A stretch of DNA of 64,000 nucleotides, taken from positions 216,690,001 to 216,754,000 of the forward strand of contig OZ024741.1 in NCBI GenBank assembly GCA_964016885.1. Direction: 5' to 3'. The notes beneath the pieces were generated by a model. The model was given only the letters and a program-made list of their open reading frames with translations, was not told the DNA's origin and did no database searches. This DNA comes from Eledone cirrhosa (lineage: Eukaryota). Below are positions 41,965-54,943 of this stretch, piece by piece. Made by a program: the position numbers and the translations under genes. The first letter of the stretch is position 1. Each line of letters opens with the position of its first letter.

Positions 41965-42996
41965 ATGAGGTCAAAGAAGATACAGATAACCCTACAAACG
42001 TCCCTGACCCGAGTAAACTTCCTGGACGTAACCCTCGACCTCGAAAACGACCTGTACTACCCATACAGGAAACCTAATGACAATCTGCACTACATCCACC
42101 GCCGATCAAACCATCCTAGGAACATCACAAACAACCTGGTCAAAAACATCTCCCTCCGCATATCCCGTTTGTCAGCTAATGAGCGGATATTCGATGAACA
42201 TGCGCCTTATTACAATCATGCCCTCAAGCGGAGTGGTTTCCGGGAGGAAATATCCTACTGTCCAGATCCCATTAGCGGAACCAGCAGGAGACACCGCCGC
42301 TCACGCAATGTAACATGGTTCAATCCTCCCCACAACGCAGAGGTGACTACTCCCATCGGGAAACTATTCTTTAGGCTCATTGAAAAACACTTCCCATTAC
42401 AACACCGCTACCACAACATAATTAACAAAAATACCATCAAACTCTCTTACAGCACTACACCAAACTTCGCACAAAACATCGTCTCCTCTAACAACAAAAA
42501 ACTCAACCCCGATGGCAGAAATAACCTAAATAGCAGTGGAGAACCGACCAGGAGGTGTAACTGCCCGGATAGATCTATTTGCCCACTCGACAATAGATGC
42601 AGAGACCGTAATGTGATCTACCAGTGCAACGTGAGGACGGATACCTCCAACAAAGCCTATATAGGACTTACCGCATGTGACTTCAAGACCCGGCTATACC
42701 AACATAGACATACCTTCCGAAACCCGGCCCGGCGTCACGCCACTACACTTTCGGGCCACATATGGGACCTCAAGGACAACAACATCACCTATGATCTCAC
42801 TTGGAGATTACTGTCCAGAGCCAATTCTTACACGGGAGGACGCCGTCCGTGCAATTTATGCTCGGAGGAAACTTTACAAATGCTGTTTTCGACGGACCAA
42901 CTCCTAAACAAGAAAGATGAACTGGTTACTGCATGTAAACATAGATTGCGTAGGACTTACCTCGCCCTCAAACCCCATAATGACCCGGGGGGGTAG
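41965..42996 (+). pseudogene. PLE RT thumb + linker + GIY-YIG endonuclease (open but 5'-truncated)
   Basis: VNFLDVTLDL..YYPYRKPN, SNHP, VTWFNPP, CNCP...CPL..C, VIYQC..AYIGLT..FKTR..QH, CNLCSEE, LLNK..E..ACKH. The first few codons come from the inverted pLTR. Confidence 0.88.
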
Positions 42997-44094
42997 ACTA
43001 GGGCTATAACACCCCAGTTGCCGATTTTGCAATGGGTAACCCCTGCTTGCCAAGGAAGACGTAAGATCTTCTTTGTATTCTTTTATCGCATCCTTTATTT
43101 CCTTCCCCCCTCTCTCCTTTGTCCTTCTACCCCAGCTCTTCTCCTTTGTCGGCGTCTTTTCTCGCCCACCCGAGGCTGCCCTTTGGCCCCATGTAGCCTT
43201 AGTACCCCCACTCCCCCCTCCCCTAGTCTTTGATAGATTTGGCGGACTCCGCCCTTTATAGCAGTTGGCTTAGACCCCGGATACTTGCCCCCCTTTTCCG
43301 ACCGCTCCCACTATTCTCTGTGCCCTCTATATTTCTTAGCGGCACTTATGCCTTATTTTTTCGTTTCAGTATTTCTTGCTTCGCTTTTCTTCTGGGCGGG
43401 GTGGATTCTGAACTTATTTCTCCGTATTCTACCTTTATTTCGTACGAACTTTCATGTAGCTTGTTTTAGATCTTTTAGAGTTAGCATTAGTATATATTTT
43501 TCCCGGGACTCAGAATTATTATGTCGTACAAGTTCACTTTGCTGCACTGGGTCGTTGCTGGCCCGGGATGGAAACCTTTATTGTTTATTTCGTGGTAGTC
43601 TCTTTAGTATTTTGGCCCCTTTTGTTGACCAGTCACCGTATCATTTACGTACTTATACCTCTTAAAAGGGTCCTTGCCTAATTCGTCCCACCTAGTTCTT
43701 TTACTTATTTCCTTATTTATTTATTTATTTATTTATTTACTTCTTTCTTTCTTTCTTTATTTTATTCTCGCCTAACAATAGCCTGACACCTAGGTCGTAG
43801 AATTTAATTTTTTCTTTACACTTATTTGCTTTTCTTCACTCTCAGTATTTTTTCTTTCCTATTTTTACCCCCCATTGTTCTACCTACCGTTCCGACTTCC
43901 TCCCCCTCCCCCTCCCCTGTATCTTCTTTGACCTCATGCCCAGCTGTAGCTGGCACTACCAACGCTTGATTGGGTCTACTCCACCCCCTCCCCTCTTTCT
44001 CCTACTGGCAGGTTTAGCCACCATCTCCCCTACTAATTTGCAACCACAGAATTACTACTGATTTTTGACAATCACTTTGACCATATATGGAATT

Positions 44095-44188
44095 ACCCCT
44101 TGAGAAGATCGGCTATTTAAATACCAGGATAAATGTTCATTTAGTCCAGAATTAGCCGTCGAAACGGCTTGAGCTCAGCTGTCGGGGT
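44095..44188 (+). ncRNA. Type I hammerhead with U3-A8 core (inverted copy 41714-41807)
   Basis: acccc-TTGAGAA-gatcggcta...tagccgtc-GAAA-cggct-tgagctc-agctg-TC-ggggt, with a GUC triplet. Confidence 0.8.
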
Positions 44189-44198
44189 CTTACTGGTT

Positions 44199-44257
<59 letters not shown>

Positions 44258-44363
44258 TCTTCCTGCTATATCAAGCGTTAACCTAATATATACCTTCAAT
44301 ATACTCTACCGATTGTGTTGTTATTTGGGGTCTACCTTTTACATACACACCCACACACACACC

Positions 44364-44402
<39 letters not shown>

Positions 44403-44403
<1 letters not shown>

Positions 44404-44610
44404 ACGAAGGAAATATGGTAAGGAACCAGGTGGACCATAACGCACCAAAGTACTCAATACTTAGGGTAGTAGAGTGGGTAATAGGAACGAGTAGGACCCC
44501 GTCGGCTGAGCTCAAGCCGTTTTGACGGCTAATTCTGGACTAAAAAATTAGTCCAGAATTAGCCGTCGAAACGGCTTGAGCTCAGCCATCGGGGTCCTAC
44601 TCGTTCCTAT
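44403..44610. mobile_element. Fold-back mini-copy of the same PLE end
   Basis: Tail plus a palindrome containing only the 3' half of the hammerhead, inserted in (TA)n. Confidence 0.8.
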
Positions 44611-44834
44611 ATATATATATATAATACAAATGTAAGTACAGCATATTCGAAGCTCTAGCCGCAGCTAACCCGACGAATGCATTCAGCATTGCAGCCAAGC
44701 ACTCGGCAAGGTATAGATCTCAGAGTAATAACATACGGTTTAAAGGGCTTTGCAAATTGAAGATAGCGACCGGTAATTCAGCAGCGAGGTCCGTAGCAAC
44801 GAAAGAACTGACTCGCGAGAAAAAATAAAAAAAT

Positions 44835-45084
<250 letters not shown>

Positions 45085-45318
45085 GAGTATATGTTGGTTG
45101 TATACCAACACCTCAGTATGCAAGCTGGAGCACTCGACGAAGTGCGCAGGTTGGTTTGGTTACTCCGGAGTAATGTAAAATAAAGTTAAATAAAAAGTCA
45201 AATGTGATTCCAGTTCCTCAGTGAAATAACAACCCAACCAGGAACTGGGCATATCAGAGTATTGACAATATTATACACCTCAACAACATATGTACTTGTC
45301 TATACCACACTAATTCGG

Positions 45319-45373
45319 ACTGCCTGAAGAGGTCACAGCCAAAGATGGCTGTCACTGAAATATATATAGCAGT
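45319..45373 (+). ncRNA. Type I hammerhead ribozyme in a small PLE-like insertion (45081-45425)
   Basis: actgc-CTGAAGA-ggtcacagcc-aaagat-ggctgtcact-GAAA-tatata-TA-gcagt followed by AATAAA. Inverted repeat 45176-45203 versus 45398-45425. Confidence 0.85.
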
Positions 45374-45418
45374 AATAAACGAAGCTAAATTTTAAATATT
45401 TGACTTTTTATTTAACTT

Positions 45419-45499
<81 letters not shown>

Positions 45500-46141
45500 A
45501 ATTAAAATACTAGAGTGTGTTGGAGTTAAACACCCTCTTCATATTACAGAAATGACAGTAAAGGTATAGCTCAATATATATATATATGTATGTATGTATA
45601 AAACAAACCTAGACCATCACTGCAAAATTATTCAATATCTCAGTTAGGTTTCTGTAAATCCGAAATCAACAAAATCCGCTTGTAGTGTATACAAGTTAAG
45701 TTTCTGGAAGATCGAACAGTGGATTTACTTTCTCAACAGGTTTTCGTTCTGACACAAATCTCTCACACACACATACATACATACACAAAGACCAGTTTTA
45801 ACATGATAGAGCATCTAGCCCCCACATTTACGTATAGACATATCTTCTCACACTCACACACACACACACACGCATACTTACGCCTTCACGTATTCTCCCA
45901 CACACTTAAACATACATGTACAAAACCCCTTTTAAAGGGAGACTACTCTTTATCCACCTAACCTTCACTCTTTGACATTAGAGATAGAGTGGAATCTCTA
46001 TACCATTTGGAAATCGAGTTGCAGCCATTATATATGTATGTATGTACGAGATACTCGTAGATACTCAAGTGACTGCGTGAAGTGTTTTGCTACAACAACG
46101 CTATTTCTATAGTAAAATATTAAACCAAACATTTAAAGAAT

Positions 46142-46578
46142 CAGAACTGCCAACCTCTAAAAACCCAGACGCGGAGTACCATGAAAAATGTGCCCCAAAA
46201 AGGGGAGAAATGAGGGGAAATGGGGAGATTTTACATAATAGTTTTTTATATAAGCACAAGGCCAGCAAGTTTGGGGGAGGGGAAAGTCGATTAAATCGAC
46301 CCCAGTGCGTGACTTGTACTTTATTTTATCGACCCCGTAAGGATGAAAAGCAAAGTTAACCTAGGCGGGATTTGAACTCAGACTATAAAGGGCCGCAACA
46401 CTATGCTGCAAAACATGGCGTCCGACCTTCTACCGATACTTGCAATTAACCGACCTGGGGGGGGGGGGAGACTTTACTTAATGAAAGCTATACCCATTTT
46501 CACAAAAGAAGATATCCCTCACTCACCCTAAAGTGGGTGGGAGATCTCCCCGTCGGACGGGGAGTGTTGACAGGTCTG
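46142..46578. mobile_element. hAT-like MITE (family of 13825-14008) with a nested SINE at ~46250-46455
   Basis: TIRs cagaactgccaac and gttgacaggtctg, with aagaat on both flanks. Confidence 0.7.
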
Positions 46579-46872
46579 AAGAATCATTCTGTTAATATGA
46601 CACTCGTCTATTTCATTTTATGTCTATTTATTTTGTATCTCAATTTATTTATTTTTTGAATATTTTCTATTTAAAGAAACATCTTTTTAACAGAAACAAT
46701 ACAGTGTTCAGCCCAAATTGCGAGAGATGATATATATATACATACATTTATATACGTAATCATATATGTGTGTAGAGATAGAAATCTATAGTACTAGAAT
46801 TTATTCAATACGCTGCCGTGTATGCGTATATGTGTGTACATGTGTGCATGTGCATCTGCATACATTTATATG

Positions 46873-47145
46873 CATTCACACAAACACACATACATTCACA
46901 CATTCACAGACATCTATTCACACAAACACACATACATTCACACATTCACAGACATCTATTCACACAAACACACATATATTCACACATTCACAGACATCTA
47001 TTCACACAAACACACATACATTCACACATTCACAGACATCTATTCACACAAACACACATACATTCACACATTCACAGACATCTATTCACACAAACACACA
47101 TACATTCACACATTCACAGACATCTATTCACACAAACACACATAC
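46873..47145. repeat. 42-bp minisatellite, ~6.5 copies
   Basis: Unit cattcacacattcacagacatctattcacacaaacacacata. Confidence 0.9.
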
Positions 47146-47506
47146 AATCAAACTACTCTTCTCTCTTTATATGTTGTGACAGAATCGCAGAAATTTATAT
47201 ATAAATATTCCAGCTGCTTAATTCATAATTTAATGGAATATTTACACACCCATCGTTCCAAATAATTACAAATCATATAATTTAATAGATTACGTCATTT
47301 GGCCATTCTTTTATACACCCGCCTATTTTCCTATACAGCGAGGGTGTATGTTTATAAGAAATGGCGGCAAATTGGCAGAGTCGGATAGAATGTCTTTTTA
47401 TATTCGTTTCGGCTCCTCGCCGAGGTCGACTTAGCATTTCATCCTTTCGAGTCGAGGTCGATAAAAAAATGTACCAGTCTAGTACTGGGGGTCGATTCTT
47501 CCTTCA

Positions 47507-47636
<130 letters not shown>

Positions 47637-47641
47637 TATAT

Positions 47642-47835
47642 AACGAAGGAAATGTGGTAAGGAACCAGGTGGACCATAACGCACCAAAGTATTCAATACT
47701 TAGGGTAGTAGAGTGGGTAATAGGAACAAGTAAGACCCCGACGGCTGAGCTCAAGCCGTTTCGACGGCTAATTCTGGACAGAATTAGCCGTCGATACGGT
47801 TTGAGCTCAGCCATCTGGGTCTTACTTGTTCCTAT
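47642..47835. mobile_element. Fold-back mini-copy of the Naiad-type PLE end
   Basis: Same layout as 44403-44610, with a slightly different turn point. Confidence 0.8.
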
Positions 47836-47840
47836 ATATA

Positions 47841-48037
<197 letters not shown>

Positions 48038-48085
48038 ATAAAATAACAGGAGGCTGGACTGGTGTAATTCCTTAAAAGGTTTATT

Positions 48086-48143
48086 ATACTATGATCATTT
48101 CAATGACCGGGTTCAGTATAAATCCGGCGACATCATCAGGTAT
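48086..48143 (-). ncRNA. Type I hammerhead ribozyme
   Basis: atac-CTGATGA-tgtcgccgg...ccggtcatt-GAAA-tgatca-TA-gtat followed by AATAAA. Palindromic TGATCA stem III. Confidence 0.8.
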
Positions 48144-48696
48144 TCAAAATATAACAAAGGATATAATAGACAAAATCCATGGGGCTGAAAATCAGAGACA
48201 TGAGGGCCACCGAACATTTAGCAGCTTCTAGCCCGGTCAGCCGCCCCCAAGTGTTGATTATTAAGTCTACTTATGTCCATCTGGTGAAGGGGCGTAGGCT
48301 TATAGTGTACTACTACCACCCCGTCACAGACAGAGGCCAGCGGTGAGATTAGGTTACAATCAAGCTGGTCATTAGTGCTAGAAAGTGCCGCGAAAAATAT
48401 TTTTTCAAAGAACATATATCTTTAACAAAGCTATATATAGTAATATATAGTGGGCGTCTGCATGGTATAATGTATGGACAGAAATTACGATTAACAATTA
48501 GAATCGTTAAATTTATGTTTAGAGTTAGAAGATGCCATTTAAGATGAAATTACAAAAATAAGGTTTAGGTTTAAGGTTGTGAGATTTAGTTAAAGAATTT
48601 ACAGAAGGAGGCTTTTATGAAAAGGTTTAAGTCTATTATAGATAGTCACGATAAATTTCAGGGTAGAATATAGTGTAAAGATTAAGCCCATGCTTA

Positions 48697-48916
48697 GCGG
48701 TCAATAACCGGCGACGTTGCTGACCCCCGGCCAGCCCTGGGGCCAACGGTGTGTCAGCCGTTCTGAGTATTATCGTCTAGCGAAAGAAATGGAAATTCAT
48801 TTTTCCGATCACTCCAGGAATGTTAACTGTCTTAGGCGTCGGGTGTGTTAGCGGGAAGTCCGCTACCGTCGGCTGGCTATTGTATATACTAAACGATTAC
48901 TAGTTATTCACACTGT
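48697..48916 (+). ncRNA. Unknown structured-RNA motif, copy 1
   Basis: Shares invariant blocks and covarying helices with 49001-49206 (see findings). Confidence 0.6.
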
Positions 48917-49000
48917 TGGGGGATTAGTTAAGTGCTAGTAGAAGGAGGCAAGACAAAGTTAATAGTTATGATTAAGCCTAGAATTTAAAGGTACTGTTTG

Positions 49001-49206
49001 GCGGTTAATAACCGGTGTCGCGGCGGGTTCCAAGTCCGACAGGGCCCCGTTCCGAGTATTATCGTTTACCGAAAGAAAGGGAAATCTATTTTTCCAAGCA
49101 CTCGAGGAAGGCTGATCGACCCGAGCGCCTGGCTGGCAGTCTGGAAAGCTGCCACATCCGTCGGATCATCACGTGTACCAAGCGATTATTAGTTATTCAC
49201 ACCCGT
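49001..49206 (+). ncRNA. Unknown structured-RNA motif, copy 2
   Basis: As copy 1. Confidence 0.6.
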
Positions 49207-49566
49207 GATGTGAAGTTGAAAGTGGTAAAATCTGATGAAATGTTAGTTAGTCCCCAGTTAGTCCGGGTTATATGTAGTGTGATTCCTGGGTGGGTAGGGG
49301 GAGTGACTAAAGATACACAGATACAAGGGTACAGAGAGTAATATTCTAGGGTCGTGTGCTAATGAGTACAAGGATACATATATAATGAGAGTAAAGCGAG
49401 TAAATAAATACATAAATAAAAACATAAGTAAAATACATAAATAAAATGCAGTCATACCTAGGTTGGTGATGTAGGGAGTAAAAAGGAAGTATATAGGAAC
49501 ATATCGAAGAAATCAAAATACAGAGACGTCTGAAATCGCTCATCAGAATGAAAATTTAATTTAAAT

Positions 49567-49639
49567 TTTCATTCTGATGAGCGATTTCAGACGTCTCTGT
49601 TGAGCTCGTCTGTCTTCGTGAAACCTCTGGCAAATGGAA
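49567..49639 (+). ncRNA. Hammerhead-like motif, probably inactive (GCA at the cleavage triplet), preceded by its own inverted copy
   Basis: tttcatt-CTGATGA-gcga..cagacg...cgtctg..tcgt-GAAA-cctctg-GCA-aatggaa. Palindrome ~49520-49600. Confidence 0.6.
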
Positions 49640-49729
49640 TAATCGTCTTATGTTGTTTATTACATAATTAAATAGTTCTGTGACATACATAGAGCACTCC
49701 CTTTTCCTTTACCCTTCCCACGGAAATAC

Positions 49730-49776
<47 letters not shown>

Positions 49777-49957
49777 ATACTTGGGGAAAATCATATTCTT
49801 GTAATATTGGCAGAAATAATAACAGAACACACTCACTGTTTGGTTGGTTTTCGCTTCTGTATCTTTTATATCTCCATAGTTAATTTATTTGGCAATCAAT
49901 GTTTATCATTGACTGACCAGCGCTTAAAAATACAGATATAAATATATATATATAGTC

Positions 49958-50001
49958 TATCAAAGTTCTTTCGTTGCACATCTGCAACATCGTCAGTGGT
50001 A
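49958..50001 (-). ncRNA. Type I hammerhead-like motif
   Basis: tacca-CTGACGA-t-gttgca-gatg-tgcaac-GAAA-gaac-TT-tgata. Confidence 0.7.
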
Positions 50002-50062
50002 CTATTATGTTTCCTACTATTATGTTGTATTGTATGTCTACGCCATTTTTATATATATACAT

Positions 50063-53000
50063 ATAGTTATAGCTCTAATTTATTTGAATTATAGAGCCCT
50101 CTGCCGCTCATCTCGAATTTTGTTTATCGTGAACTCGTGCGCCGATTTTTCGATACTCGATTATTCTACTATATTTAGCTCTAGACTTAGCTATTGACCA
50201 GTTAATTTTATTGTTCATTTTTTGTCGATTCTATTAAATGATGAATAGCCCCTGTTTATTTTAACATGTCTATTGAGCACTCTTATTCGATATGTGTTTT
50301 TGCCACATTTTTCCGAATATTTTTGCGGATATAAAGGTTATCTCCCTTGCTGAAATCCATGTGCGTATTTTTAGCCTGGGTCTTATCTTTTTATCCATTC
50401 GGACGAAGCTCGTTGATGAAGTAACTCCAGTCCCCCGATTATCTGTAAGGCTTATATTTTTATATGAGCTGATAGATGACGGTTTAAGGATTTACAGAAA
50501 CCCAAGAAGCTAGATATTCCATCTCTCTAGTGGGTCCGGGTATGCATTTTACATTCATTTCATTTATTGATTTATTGATAATTTATCTGAGTGTCCCGAA
50601 TCTTCCATATCGAACTTTTCGGTTATTTGGTTGATTGTAGACATATTCTACGTGTGACGGTTTTTTAACGATAGTTATAGCTCTAATTTATTTGAATTAT
50701 AGAGCCCTCTGCCGCTCATCTCGAATTTTGTTTATCGTGAACTCGTGCGCCGATTTTTCGATACTCGATTATTCTACTATATTTAGCTCTAGACTTAGCT
50801 ATTGACCAGTTAATTTTATTGTTCATTTTTTGTCGATTCTATTAAATGATGAATAGCCCCTGTTTATTTTAACATGTCTATTGAGCACTCTTATTCGATA
50901 TGTGTTTTTGCCACATTTTTCCGAATATTTTTGCGGATATAAAGGTTATCTCCCTTGCTGAAATCCATGTGCGTATTTTTAGCCTGGGTCTTATCTTTTT
51001 ATCCATTCGGACGAAGCTCGTTGATGAAGTAACTCCAGTCCCCCGATTATCTGTAAGGCTTATATTTTTATATGAGCTGATAGATGACGGTTTAAGGATT
51101 TACAGAAACCCAAGAAGCTAGATATTCCATCTCTCTAGTGGGTCCGGGTATGCATTTTACATTCATTTCATTTATTGATTTATTGATAATTTATCTGAGT
51201 GTCCCGAATCTTCCATATCGAACTTTTCGGTTATTTGGTTGATTGTAGACATATTCTACGTGTGACGGTTTTTTAACGATAGTTATAGCTCTAATTTATT
51301 TGAATTATAGAGCCCTCTGCCGCTCATCTCGAATTTTGTTTATCGTGAACTCGTGCGCCGATTTTTCGATACTCGATTATTCTACTATATTTAGCTCTAG
51401 ACTTAGCTATTGACCAGTTAATTTTATTGTTCATTTTTTGTCGATTCTATTAAATGATGAATAGCCCCTGTTTATTTTAACATGTCTATTGAGCACTCTT
51501 ATTCGATATGTGTTTTTGCCACATTTTTCCGAATATTTTTGCGGATATAAAGGTTATCTCCCTTGCTGAAATCCATGTGCGTATTTTTAGCCTGGGTCTT
51601 ATCTTTTTATCCATTCGGACGAAGCTCGTTGATGAAGTAACTCCAGTCCCCCGATTATCTGTAAGGCTTATATTTTTATATGAGCTGATAGATGACGGTT
51701 TAAGGATTTACAGAAACCCAAGAAGCTAGATATTCCATCTCTCTAGTGGGTCCGGGTATGCATTTTACATTCATTTCATTTATTGATTTATTGATAATTT
51801 ATCTGAGTGTCCCGAATCTTCCATATCGAACTTTTCGGTTATTTGGTTGATTGTAGACATATTCTACGTGTGACGGTTTTTAACGATAGTTATAGCTCTA
51901 ATTTATTTGAATTATAGAGCCCTCTGCCGCTCATCTCGAATTTTGTTTATCGTGAACTCGTGCGCCGATTTTTCGATACTCGATTATTCTACTATATTTA
52001 GCTCTAGACTTAGCTATTGACCAGTTAATTTTATTGTTCATTTTTTGTCGATTCTATTAAATGATGAATAGCCCCTGTTTATTTTAACATGTCTATTGAG
52101 CACTCTTATTCGATATGTGTTTTTGCCACATTTTTCCGAATATTTTTGCGGATATAAAGGTTATCTCCCTTGCTGAAATCCATGTGCGTATTTTTAGCCT
52201 GGGTCTTATCTTTTTATCCATTCGGACGAAGCTCGTTGATGAAGTAACTCCAGTCCCCCGATTATCTGTAAGGCTTATATTTTTATATGAGCTGATAGAT
52301 GACGGTTTAAGGATTTACAGAAACCCAAGAAGCTAGATATTCCATCTCTCTAGTGGGTCCGGGTATGCATTTTACATTCATTTCATTTATTGATTTATTG
52401 ATAATTTATCTGAGTGTCCCGAATCTTCCATATCGAACTTTTCGGTTATTTGGTTGATTGTAGACATATTCTACGTGTGACGGTTTTTTAACGATAGTTA
52501 TAGCTCTAATTTATTTGAATTATAGAGCCCTCTGCCGCTCATCTCGAATTTTGTTTATCGTGAACTCGTGCGCCGATTTTTCGATACTCGATTATTCTAC
52601 TATATTTAGCTCTAGACTTAGCTATTGACCAGTTAATTTTATTGTTCATTTTTTGTCGATTCTATTAAATGATGAATAGCCCCTGTTTATTTTAACATGT
52701 CTATTGAGCACTCTTATTCGATATGTGTTTTTGCCACATTTTTCCGAATATTTTTGCGGATATAAAGGTTATCTCCCTTGCTGAAATCCATGTGCGTATT
52801 TTTAGCCTGGGTCTTATCTTTTTATCCATTCGGACGAAGCTCGTTGATGAAGTAACTCCAGTCCCCCGATTATCTGTAAGGCTTATATTTTTATATGAGC
52901 TGATAGATGACGGTTTAAGGATTTACAGAAACCCAAGAAGCTAGATATTCCATCTCTCTAGTGGGTCCGGGTATGCATTTTACATTCATTTCATTTATTG

Positions 53001-53820
53001 ATTTATTGATAATTTATCTGAGTGTCCCGAATCTTCCATATCGAACTTTTCGGTTATTTGGTTGATTGTAGACATATTCTACGTGTGACGGTTTTTAACG
53101 ATAGTTATAGCTCTAATTTATTTGAATTATAGAGCCCTCTGCCGCTCATCTCGAATTTTGTTTATCGTGAACTCGTGCGCCGATTTTTCGATACTCGATT
53201 ATTCTACTATATTTAGCTCTAGACTTAGCTATTGACCAGTTAATTTTATTGTTCATTTTTTGTCGATTCTATTAAATGATGAATAGCCCCTGTTTATTTT
53301 AACATGTCTATTGAGCACTCTTATTCGATATGTGTTTTTGCCACATTTTTCCGAATATTTTTGCGGATATAAAGGTTATCTCCCTTGCTGAAATCCATGT
53401 GCGTATTTTTAGCCTGGGTCTTATCTTTTTATCCATTCGGACGAAGCTCGTTGATGAAGTAACTCCAGTCCCCCGATTATCTGTAAGGCTTATATTTTTA
53501 TATGAGCTGATAGATGACGGTTTAAGGATTTACAGAAACCCAAGAAGCTAGATATTCCATCTCTCTAGTGGGTCCGGGTATGCATTTTACATTCATTTCA
53601 TTTATTGATTTATTGATAATTTATCTGAGTGTCCCGAATCTTCCATATCGAACTTTTCGGTTATTTGGTTGATTGTAGACATATTCTACGTGTGACGGTA
53701 TTTTAACGATAGTTATAGCTCTAATTTATTTGAATTATAGAGCCCTCTGCCGCTCATCTCGAATTTTGTTTATCGTGAACTCGTGCGCCGATTTTTCGAT
53801 ACTCGATTATTCTACTATAT
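50063..53820. repeat. Tandem array of a 607/608-bp unit, ~6.2 near-identical copies
   Basis: An identical small ORF starts at 50292, 50900, 51508, 52115, 52723 and 53330. The only differences seen are in one T run. Confidence 0.95.
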
Positions 53821-53834
53821 ATATATATATATAT

Positions 53835-53943
53835 AAGCAAATGAATGGGTGAATGAAGGAGTTACAAGCCGTTCAAACAATTCTTTATATAAAGAATTGT
53901 TTTAACGACTTGTAACTCCTTCATTCACTCATTCATTTGCTTA
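53835..53943. repeat. Fold-back palindrome next to (TA)n, with a PLE-like tail to ~54040
   Basis: aagcaaatgaatgggtgaatgaaggagttacaag...cttgtaactccttcattcactcattcatttgctt. Confidence 0.75.
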
Positions 53944-54177
53944 TTCCAGCTCTGCTTAAACTATACGCTAAATATTAATCTCCTCTAATATTTAACCCTG
54001 CTAACCCAAGCATCGAGTACACTACGCTACGGCTTTTGGCATTTAGTATTCTGTATCGCACCACTTTCTACCTCTCTGATTCCTCCTCTCTTGCCTTTCA
54101 TCCTTACGGGATCGATAAAATAAAGTACCAGTAATGTACGGGGTATTTGCTGGCCTTCTGCCAAAAGTAGAAACAAT

Positions 54178-54290
<113 letters not shown>

Positions 54291-54856
54291 ACTTCTCTGG
54301 GAGAAATTTGCCGTATTTAGACATGGAGAAGGATGGGCTCCGCCAGGTTTAAAAATGCCCTAGAAGCGCCTTTTGTCAATATGGCGCCCCTTCGTCTTCT
54401 TCGTGAGTATTGGGATCATACATGAGATGCATTAGAAACTAAACGAAATAATATTTATATATAAAACATTATTTAAACTTTCCATCAGCAACGTTCCATC
54501 ACCCGACTCAGATAGCAACTAATTATTCTGTAAGTGTAGTAAAGTCAGGCGCTTTTGTTAAGGTTAACTGCACAAACTTCTTAAAGGGGCGCATTACTGA
54601 AACTTAATGAATCATAGTTTTATAATTACATAAACAATATGCTAATTTCGTATTAATCAACATATCACTAAACATCTTTGCCGCGGAGCGTTGTTGTGGA
54701 ACTGTTTGAAGTGTTGGAGAGGGTCACATTGTGTTGTAACCCGCAAGAAAAGAGGTGTGGAAGAATGAGAAATGCCTAATAGAAAATGCAAACTCATTAA
54801 TTTCCTTTGTTATCCAGAACAAAGTGTCAAAAGTTAGGTGTCTCCTTTCCTAAAGT

Positions 54857-54943
<87 letters not shown>

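Larger units (their letters stand above)
41621..44202 (+). mobile_element. 5'-truncated Penelope-like element (Naiad-type motifs) with inverted pLTR
   Basis: ~41699-41983 is the reverse complement of ~43918-44202. It has a long pyrimidine-rich 3' UTR and both ends in (TA)n. Confidence 0.9.

Noticed and set aside
42997-43920. SECIS element / selenoprotein Naiad
   Set aside because: There is no in-frame TGA in the retained ORF and no AUGA..AA..GA stem seen in the 3' UTR.
49085-49125. HDV-like ribozyme on the minus strand (cagccttcctcg)
   Set aside because: It resembles HDV P3/L3 but is not conserved in the other copy, and P1/P2/P4 cannot be built.
48697-49206. Assignment of the duplicated motif to group I/II intron, RNase P/MRP, telomerase RNA or dicistrovirus IGR IRES
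   Set aside because: Their diagnostic sequences and helix order are not recognisable, so the motif is left unassigned pending a CM search.
50466-50512. Hammerhead in the 608-bp unit (CTGATAGA...GAAAC)
   Set aside because: It has an extra core base, no NUH triplet and a poor stem II.
50292-53551. Six identical 73-aa ORFs as a gene array
   Set aside because: No recognisable motif or splice/promoter support. Identity follows from the tandem DNA repeat.
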